This document shows positions 18,777-25,681 of a stretch of 36,818 nt of DNA, one piece after another (within the stretch, counting starts at the first letter, position 1; every line of letters begins with the position of its first letter). Source of the stretch: an uncultured Muribaculaceae bacterium. GTDB lineage: Bacteria; Bacillota_I; Bacilli_A; RF39; UBA660. The stretch lies in the NCBI GenBank assembly GCA_964371745.1, contig CAYJNS010000003.1, positions 1-36,818 on the forward strand, read 5' to 3'. Made by a program: the position numbers and the translations under genes. Under the pieces are notes generated by a model. That model was given only the letters and a program-made list of their open reading frames with translations, was not told the DNA's origin and did no database searches.

Positions 18777-18947
18777 ATGAAAGTTAAAATAATTGATGAA
18801 ACACATGAAAAAGATTTAGAAAATGCTATAAATTCTTTCTTAAGCGGTGTGGATGGAGAAATAATAGATATTAAGTATCAAGTAGCAATCGGTATTTCAG
18901 GGGAAGAACAAATATATTGTTTTAGCGCAATGATACTTTATAATTAA
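18777..18947 (+). CDS. cse60: Cse60-family small sporulation-associated protein
   Basis: MKVKIIDETHEKDLENAINSFL...IDIKYQVAI...YCFSAMILY resembles Bacillus Cse60 (YteV). The likely start is ATG 18777 rather than TTG 18765. Confidence 0.55.
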   Translation: MKVKIIDETHEKDLENAINSFLSGVDGEIIDIKYQVAIGISGEEQIYCFSAMILYN

Positions 18948-19336
18948 ACCATATACATATTATTAACATTTGATTCAAAATCTTCAGTAGATAAAGTATT
19001 GTTTGTTTCAAGTTTAGAAACTCTATGTTCTAATCTATTAATTTGTCTTTCCATTTTTGCTAATCTACTTTCAATATCAGAATAATTTATATTATTTTGA
19101 CCAAGTGCCATATTAGGCATAGGTGTATTAGCATTAGGTTGCATGCCCATATTAGGATTCATAGGCATTGCCATATTAGGCCCCATGCCTACAGAAAAAC
19201 TAGATTGGGCCTCCATTTGAGGTGGATAAGGGTTATTTGCACTCATCATGTTAGGTTGCTGCATCATTTGTGGGTTTATTCCCCCTTGCATATAATCTGT
19301 TTGTTCATGAAAATAAGATGATCTATTTTTTTTCAT
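18944..19336 (-). CDS. Low-complexity Met/Pro/Asn/Gln-rich protein with a C-terminal coiled coil
   Basis: Strong RBS AGGAGG on the minus strand. PNM-type repeats (MGPNMAMPMNPNMGMQPNANTPMPNMA), then the heptad-like SRLAKMERQINRLEHRVSKLE. Confidence 0.7.
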   Translation of the reverse strand: MKKNRSSYFHEQTDYMQGGINPQMMQQPNMMSANNPYPPQMEAQSSFSVGMGPNMAMPMNPNMGMQPNANTPMPNMALGQNNINYSDIESRLAKMERQINRLEHRVSKLETNNTLSTEDFESNVNNMYMV

Positions 19337-19385
19337 AATAAAAACCTCCTAAGACATTATATGATAAAAAGAAAGTTGTGATAAT

Positions 19386-19988
19386 ATGAGAATGAGAAAT
19401 CCTAAAGATACTAGGGAAGTAATTGATAAATGTGATTTTTATTTTACAAAAGAAAATAAATTTGAAAATAATAATGAAGTGCATTTAGAAATAGGTATGG
19501 GTAAGGGTAATTTTATAATAGGTATGGCTAAAGCTTTTCCAAATATAAATTTTATTGGTATGGAAAAATACGAAGCAGTAGCAAGTATAGCAATAAAAAA
19601 AATACGTGAAGAAAATTTATCTAATATAAAAGTTATGGTTATGGACGTAGTAAAAAGTGAAGAAATCTTAAAAGGTTTAATTAGCAAGATATATTTGAAT
19701 TTTTCTGATCCCTGGCCAAAAGATAGACACGCTAAAAGAAGGTTAACTCATGAAAATCAATTAAAAGTATATGATAAATTATTTGCAGGTATTTGTAATA
19801 TAGAAATGAAAACAGATAATGATGACTTATTTGAGTATAGTTTAATTTCATTAAAAAAATATGGATATATATTAAACAAGGTAATTTATGATTTGCATAA
19901 TGAAGACAGATTTAATGTAAAAACTGAATATGAAGAAAAATTTAGTAAAGAAGGAATAAAAATTAAATTTTTAAAAGCAGAAAAATGA
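19386..19988 (+). CDS. trmB: tRNA (guanine46-N7)-methyltransferase
   Basis: SAM-binding LEIGMGKGNF. Hallmark FSDPWPKDRHAKRRL. 200 aa. Confidence 0.9.
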   Translation: MRMRNPKDTREVIDKCDFYFTKENKFENNNEVHLEIGMGKGNFIIGMAKAFPNINFIGMEKYEAVASIAIKKIREENLSNIKVMVMDVVKSEEILKGLISKIYLNFSDPWPKDRHAKRRLTHENQLKVYDKLFAGICNIEMKTDNDDLFEYSLISLKKYGYILNKVIYDLHNEDRFNVKTEYEEKFSKEGIKIKFLKAEK

Positions 19989-20013
19989 CAATTATATTGT
20001 CGTTTTTTATTTA
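19986..20013 (+). terminator. Rho-independent terminator after trmB
   Basis: gacaat (19987-19992) / attgtc (19996-20001) with loop tat, followed by gttttttattt. Confidence 0.6.
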
Positions 20014-20042
20014 CATAAATTTAACTGTAAACTAACTTGTAA

Positions 20043-20072
20043 TTGTATTGTATTGCTATGTTATGTTAAAAT
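20043..20072 (+). promoter_or_regulatory. Putative extended -10 promoter of the first A/B module
   Basis: TTGTAT (20043-20048), 18-nt spacer ending in TGt, TAAAAT (20067-20072). Confidence 0.4.
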
Positions 20073-20094
20073 ATTATTAGAAGGTAAGGTAGAA

Positions 20095-20850
20095 ATGAAA
20101 AAATTATTATACATATTATTTATATTAATACCATTAGCGGTTAATGCAGAAGGAACATGCTCTTACGAAGAACAAGCAGAGCTTTCAAGAAACGCTAACC
20201 TTATTAGTGTTAATTTTGAAGAAATAGTACTTGAAAAAGTTTTGGATGAAAATAGTGTATTGCCAGACCCTGCAATAGACGAAGATGAAAATGGCAATCC
20301 TATTGAAATGAAATATAAAATAGATGCATTAAGAGTAAATGTTTTGAATTTATCGGAAGACTATTATATAGATTTTAAAAATGAAACAACCGGAGAATTT
20401 TGGTCGATAGATTATGAAGATACAGAAGCTGGATATTATTATTTTAATCATGAAGATGTATATGATGTTCACAGTTTAACATATACAATTTTATCTTCTG
20501 ATAAAACTAATTGTTCACATGAAAAAATAAGATTAGGATATTTAATATTACCTAGATTAAACGATAATTATTATTTGGATATCTGTAGTGAATTTTCAGA
20601 TAAAACTGTCTGTCAAAAATATGTTACAATAGGTGATATTTCTATTGATGAATTTTATAATCAAATTGATTCTTATAGGGAAGAAGAAATAACTAATGAA
20701 GAACAATTGGAAGAAGAAAAAGAAAATGAAAAAAGTATAGTAGATTATATAATGGATAATATATATTATATACTAGCAGGTTTAATAATAGTTGTGATAC
20801 TGATTTTTATTATCAACATAATAATAAAAAGAAGGAGAACTCGCTTATGA
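20095..20850 (+). CDS. Module protein A1: secreted domain with 4 conserved Cys, C-terminal TM anchor and basic tail (unknown family)
   Basis: ATG 20095 follows gaaggtaagg. Signal peptide MKKLLYILFILIPLAVNA. C-terminal LAGLIIVVILIFIINIIIKRRRTRL. Paralogue of 24932-25681, sharing CSYEEQ..L...ANLI..N.E and a conserved Cys pattern. Confidence 0.8.
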   Translation: MKKLLYILFILIPLAVNAEGTCSYEEQAELSRNANLISVNFEEIVLEKVLDENSVLPDPAIDEDENGNPIEMKYKIDALRVNVLNLSEDYYIDFKNETTGEFWSIDYEDTEAGYYYFNHEDVYDVHSLTYTILSSDKTNCSHEKIRLGYLILPRLNDNYYLDICSEFSDKTVCQKYVTIGDISIDEFYNQIDSYREEEITNEEQLEEEKENEKSIVDYIMDNIYYILAGLIIVVILIFIINIIIKRRRTRL

Positions 20851-23800
20851 GAAAAATAATTAAATATTTAACATTTGTACTTGTTATTTACTTTTTTATG
20901 TTTTCAAATGTTAATGCAAATTATACTATTGAATTATCTAATTTGCAAAGCAATTTAAGAGACATTAACGTTGTGCCGAATGGTGGGTATGGAAATAGAA
21001 TAATAGTTGATAATTTATATATAGTTAATCATAGTGGTCTTGATTTGGTTGAAACAACATCTCAGATATACTCATATAAATCTGGAGTAACAAAAAAATC
21101 TGGAATACCTACAAATATTTCATCTGACGAGGATATGGAAAATAAAAATGCATATAGTCATGATGTTTTTTGGGTTATGCCATATGCAGCAGATATCGCA
21201 GAAAATAATAATTCTAAATTTACTAATGCATATTGTTTAGATTTAAATTTGAATGGTATCAGTGGCCCAGTTAGTGCGGAATCTGAGCAACTAATTTTAT
21301 TCGATGTTGAAAACGAATCAGTGTTAAGATATCATTCTGGATTATATGCAATTTTAGAATATGATGATAATTTAGGATTATCAGATCAAAATTTATATTA
21401 TGCCAAAGTTCTTGCACTTAGAATATTTTTAGGATTATATGGAGCATCAAGTAATCAAGATATATTTGATACTAATTCGTATCCTTGGTATAAAGATGCC
21501 TTAATAAACACATTTAATTTATGGTATGATGAAGATACGGATATTACATCTTCTTTTAATATTTTGAAAACATTAGATGGTAATTTTTCAATAAGTAGAA
21601 CCTCTGAATATCCAAATTACCAATTATATTCATTTGATAATACTTCAAAAAATGTTTATACTGCGATGTATGATATGGTTTTAGAAGGAATAGATGCAGC
21701 AATTGAAGGTTCTGTTAGCAGTAAAAATGATAGCGATTCTGGTTTTTATGTTATTTTAAGCCCTTTAAATTCAATTATAGATAAAGAAGGAGATATAATT
21801 AATTATTCAGCTAATTTACAAGCTAGTGTTGATGTAAAAGGATTTGCTTCTCAAGATAGAATAACAAATATAACATTAAGTTTAAATGGGTCAAATATTT
21901 ATATTAATCCTAATGAAGATTTATTTAATATAAAGAAAAATGGTAGTATGCAAAAAACTTCTTTAAATAATTTGAAAAACGAAGATTTATCTAAAATATC
22001 ACAAATAACATTTATTCATGATGTTAATGAAAATATATCACTATCATCTTGTGGTAATTTGAATTTTAAATTTGATATAAATTATACTTCAAATACTACT
22101 AATAGCGGACTGACGGAATATATTTATGTAAAATCAGATAAATCCGGTGATCAAAGATTTTTAGTTGAAAGTTCAAATAATGTTTCTGGGCCATCTGGTT
22201 CTATAAAAAACTATAGTGAATCTATTTCTATTCCTATTGACTGTAATAATACTCCTGATTGTGATACAACAATAAATATAGCAGGATCTTGCGAAGCTAA
22301 TGGTAATTTTAATGGGGAAATAGTAGCTCCAACAGATATATTAAATTGTATTATAGATGGTAGTGACGAAGCAAATAATTCTTATGCAATATCAAAACCA
22401 GGGGGGAATATATGCAGTGTAAATGATTCGGATGAGGGTTTATCACATTTATTAAATGATAATGAGTATTGTGAAGTTTTTTGTAAAGAGGATTATACTA
22501 ATATTAATCTTCCAGATATAGCGCACGCTAATAGTGGTAGATATTTTAAGCTAGAAGCTTTAATAACTGGTAAAAAAACTTGTTATACAACCGAAATAAA
22601 TTATGATGAATTTAATAGTGATTTAAATGCAGCAACGGCAGAAATGAGTGCAGCCTATAGACGCTTTGAAATAGCGACTAACTCACTTCAAAGTTTAGAA
22701 AATACATTAATTAGTAAAAATAATGATATGGTTTCTGCAATTAAGGATAAAGAAAGTCCTGAAATTTCATATGATTTAGTTAAAATAGCTGATGCACGTC
22801 AAATTGCTGCAAGCGCAGCGTTAACATATGCCGAAAACAAGTTAGATGCATTAGAAACAATTGATTCAAATGTAGATACAATTAGTACAAATTCTACAAG
22901 CATAAGTTCAAAAGAAAAGTCCGTTACTAGTAAACAAAATTTAATCGATTCATATAACAATCAAATAGATGCTATTAATAAGGCTAACGCTGATAAACCC
23001 GAGGATGAACATCAATCAACATCATATCAAGAATCTCGAATAAGCGCATTAACAGAAGAAATAAGGAATTTAAATTCTAGTATTACTGAGTTAAAATCTG
23101 ATAACGATGATTTAACTAAAAAAAATACTGAATTAAAGGAAAAATATAACATTCAAACATGGGAAACTATAGCAAGTCAACAAATAGTTGTTAATAATGC
23201 AAAAACGGAAAAAACTAATGCTGAAAATAATTATTATAAAGTTTGTTATACAGAAAAACATTGTGATAATGATGATAATTATTTATCATTAAAAATTTCA
23301 TATGATAATGCTGAAGAAGCTTATGATACTGCTTTAAATAATTTGGAATCTACTCTAAAAAGTATAGATGCTGAAATTTCTAATATGAATTTAGCAAAAT
23401 CTAAACAAGATTCCATTTTAGATCATATAATTGCCTGCGGTGAATGGGATGTCAATTTTAAAATAAATCCAACAATGACATTTGATTATGGCAGTGGATA
23501 TATGAATTATTTTGAAGATAAAGGTGTAACTAATTTAGTGAATACTAATAGTTCAACATACGTTACAGATGTATGGGGATGCGATTTTAACAATAATTCA
23601 TCTGCATATATAAATAATGAATATAATAGATGTTATGGTGGTAGAGTATTAGATAGTGAAAACGAATTATACGAAGAAATTACAATAACATATTATAAAG
23701 GTAATAAGGGGACTATAACTCTGCAAAGCGGGGAAAGTAGAATAGAACCAGTTAGTTATACAGGGAATACTGTTGATTATGTTGAATATGATGGTGTCGA

Positions 23801-24851
23801 AGGTCATGATGGATCATATACTTTTTATGATTCAAATAATAAATCTGAAAAATATCCATTTGGTAATTATAATGATAAACTTAATTATAACGTTTATGGT
23901 TCTGTTATTCAGTATAATATTTTTATACCTAAAGCAGAATTTATAAGTAAATCAAGCGAAGGAACCGAAGAATATGAAACACCTAGCGCTTTATATACTA
24001 CTTTTCCTACTGGTGAAGTTACTAAGGAAGCTGTAAGTAATAGTTCGATAATAAATGGTTTGCCAGTTGGATCAGATGAAAATAGTGGTAAATATACATT
24101 GATTATTGATGATTTAGGTGAATATTATGACGATTGTAGTTTAGGAAGACTAATTGATGCTGATCAAACTAAAAATTCAGTTGACGATGTTCTTAATGTC
24201 GCTGGTACAACAGGTAGATATATATGTGATTATATAATAGATTGTCCAGATTGTGATTATGTAGGTGAATGTGATGATGGTTTATGCGGTGAAGATATTT
24301 GTGAAACGTGTTTGTTTGTTGGTGGTATTTCACAATTATATTATAGAATTATAAGTTTAAATAATTTTAACCCGAATAATAGAAATTTAGGATATAATTT
24401 TGATACTGCTGACTATGATTTTGGTTTTATTAGAGGTAAAGCTGAATCAACTCTTGACTTTATTTCAAGAGATTCCATAGTTTTTGGCAAAGGCGAAGCA
24501 ATCTATGGTGAAGAACCATTAGCTTCAGTTACAATGACACCTTCTTTCGCTAATGATGTAAGAACTTATAATCGAGAAGAAGAAAATAAAGGAGCATACA
24601 ATAATGAAACACTAGTGTGTTACGATTATGGAACATATGAAAACGTAATGTGCTATTCAACATTTTTAGATAATTATAGTAAAAGCGGAGATATAATATT
24701 TAGTTCTAGCGAAATTAGACCTAGCGTAGATGAAAGAGATGATTATGAAGACACAGATGGTAATGATTATTGGGATTTTTACACATATGGTATTAATACT
24801 GATTTTGGTTCCACATCGCCTAATACGATAGGTGGACCATCTTGGAAATAG
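20847..24851 (+). CDS. Module protein B1: giant (1334 aa) secreted Cys-rich protein with a central coiled coil, ending in IGGPSWK (unknown family)
   Basis: ATGA overlap with A1 and RBS GAAGGAGA. Signal peptide ...FMFSNVNA. Conserved blocks shared with B2: YC.V.CKEDY, SGRYFK, C.EWD/C.GWD, FPTG, DLGE(Y/F)Y..C..GRL, DCP.C, ISLNN.NPN.R..GYNF.T, TYENV.CYS and the terminal TIGGPSWK. Confidence 0.85.
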   Translation: MRKIIKYLTFVLVIYFFMFSNVNANYTIELSNLQSNLRDINVVPNGGYGNRIIVDNLYIVNHSGLDLVETTSQIYSYKSGVTKKSGIPTNISSDEDMENKNAYSHDVFWVMPYAADIAENNNSKFTNAYCLDLNLNGISGPVSAESEQLILFDVENESVLRYHSGLYAILEYDDNLGLSDQNLYYAKVLALRIFLGLYGASSNQDIFDTNSYPWYKDALINTFNLWYDEDTDITSSFNILKTLDGNFSISRTSEYPNYQLYSFDNTSKNVYTAMYDMVLEGIDAAIEGSVSSKNDSDSGFYVILSPLNSIIDKEGDIINYSANLQASVDVKGFASQDRITNITLSLNGSNIYINPNEDLFNIKKNGSMQKTSLNNLKNEDLSKISQITFIHDVNENISLSSCGNLNFKFDINYTSNTTNSGLTEYIYVKSDKSGDQRFLVESSNNVSGPSGSIKNYSESISIPIDCNNTPDCDTTINIAGSCEANGNFNGEIVAPTDILNCIIDGSDEANNSYAISKPGGNICSVNDSDEGLSHLLNDNEYCEVFCKEDYTNINLPDIAHANSGRYFKLEALITGKKTCYTTEINYDEFNSDLNAATAEMSAAYRRFEIATNSLQSLENTLISKNNDMVSAIKDKESPEISYDLVKIADARQIAASAALTYAENKLDALETIDSNVDTISTNSTSISSKEKSVTSKQNLIDSYNNQIDAINKANADKPEDEHQSTSYQESRISALTEEIRNLNSSITELKSDNDDLTKKNTELKEKYNIQTWETIASQQIVVNNAKTEKTNAENNYYKVCYTEKHCDNDDNYLSLKISYDNAEEAYDTALNNLESTLKSIDAEISNMNLAKSKQDSILDHIIACGEWDVNFKINPTMTFDYGSGYMNYFEDKGVTNLVNTNSSTYVTDVWGCDFNNNSSAYINNEYNRCYGGRVLDSENELYEEITITYYKGNKGTITLQSGESRIEPVSYTGNTVDYVEYDGVEGHDGSYTFYDSNNKSEKYPFGNYNDKLNYNVYGSVIQYNIFIPKAEFISKSSEGTEEYETPSALYTTFPTGEVTKEAVSNSSIINGLPVGSDENSGKYTLIIDDLGEYYDDCSLGRLIDADQTKNSVDDVLNVAGTTGRYICDYIIDCPDCDYVGECDDGLCGEDICETCLFVGGISQLYYRIISLNNFNPNNRNLGYNFDTADYDFGFIRGKAESTLDFISRDSIVFGKGEAIYGEEPLASVTMTPSFANDVRTYNREEENKGAYNNETLVCYDYGTYENVMCYSTFLDNYSKSGDIIFSSSEIRPSVDERDDYEDTDGNDYWDFYTYGINTDFGSTSPNTIGGPSWK

Positions 24852-24877
24852 AAAATAAAAAGAATAGAGATTATTTA

Positions 24878-24907
24878 TTGCAATTTATGATGATTTTGTG
24901 ATAAAAT
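24878..24907 (+). promoter_or_regulatory. Putative extended -10 promoter of the second A/B module
   Basis: TTGCAA (24878-24883), 18-nt spacer ending in TGa, TAAAAT (24902-24907). It lies inside the loop of a 10-bp inverted repeat (24867-24876 / 24904-24913). Confidence 0.4.
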
Positions 24908-24931
24908 AATCTCGAAAGGCAGGTTGAAAAA

Positions 24932-25681
24932 TTGAAAAAAATCTTGTTAACTTTGGTGGTATTGCTTACACCAATGTTGGTTAGTGCAGAAAGTGCTTGT
25001 TCTTATGAAGAACAAAGTGATTTAAATGCAAATGCTAATCTTATTAAAATAAATTATGAAGCGAAAGAAAGGTTAGTAGATCCAGATGAATATTTTTATC
25101 CAGAGGATGTAGAAACTGAAGAAGAACGTGCAGAATTTGAAATGTATGAATCTTATTTGGAAATAAATGTTTTAAATATGACAGATCAATATTACATTGA
25201 AATGACTAATAATTTAAATAATGAAGTTAATACAATAAATTATAATGATTTAGTTGATGGTGTTTATAAATATGAATTGACTGATTTAAGTGAAGTAATT
25301 ACATTTGATTTTTTAATTAAATCATCTTCGCTTACTTCTTGTCCGAATGAATCTATTAAATTAACGTATCTTACAACTCCTAGAGAAAACGAATATTATT
25401 ATTATGATGTATGTAGTGATTTAAGTGATGAAAATATTTGTAAACAATTTGTAACTGGTGAAGAAATAACCATAGATGAATTTCAAAAGCAAGTTGAAGA
25501 TTTAGCAATTGTAGATGATGGTACAACAAGTGGAGAAGATAAAAACAGTGAAGATTCTAATTCGTTTTTAGATTTTATTAACGACAATATTATTGTTATA
25601 GCTGTTGGTTTAATTGTAGTGGTAATAGGGGTAATAGTTGCTACAGATGTGATACGAGGGAAAAGGAGAAAATTAAAATGA
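24932..25681 (+). CDS. Module protein A2 (paralogue of A1)
   Basis: TTG start follows aaaggcagg. Signal peptide MKKILLTLVVLLTPMLVSA. C-terminal TM plus RGKRRKLK. Same 4-Cys pattern as A1. Confidence 0.8.
   Translation: MKKILLTLVVLLTPMLVSAESACSYEEQSDLNANANLIKINYEAKERLVDPDEYFYPEDVETEEERAEFEMYESYLEINVLNMTDQYYIEMTNNLNNEVNTINYNDLVDGVYKYELTDLSEVITFDFLIKSSSLTSCPNESIKLTYLTTPRENEYYYYDVCSDLSDENICKQFVTGEEITIDEFQKQVEDLAIVDDGTTSGEDKNSEDSNSFLDFINDNIIVIAVGLIVVVIGVIVATDVIRGKRRKLK

Noticed and set aside
20053-20094. N-terminal extensions in the ORF track that use TTG or GTG starts: 20053, 7448, 2783, 4055, 16996, 18765 and 12869.
   Set aside because: In each case an in-frame ATG a few codons downstream is properly spaced from a Shine-Dalgarno sequence. 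It also gives a canonical N-terminus, for example the signal peptide MKKLLY or RecA MKVTKD. The 7448 start would lie inside the recA promoter.
21225-21440. A thioester-domain (TED) adhesin signature in the N-terminal regions: AYCLDLNLNG in B1 and AICIDPAAVPG in B2 (about 25870-25905) resemble the [YFL]C[hydrophobic][DNE] Cys motif.
   Set aside because: The partner TQxA(I/V)W Gln motif is not present. The best-conserved downstream block (AKVLALRIF / TKLIAVRVY) has Lys where the Gln would be. I keep this only as something to test by structure prediction.
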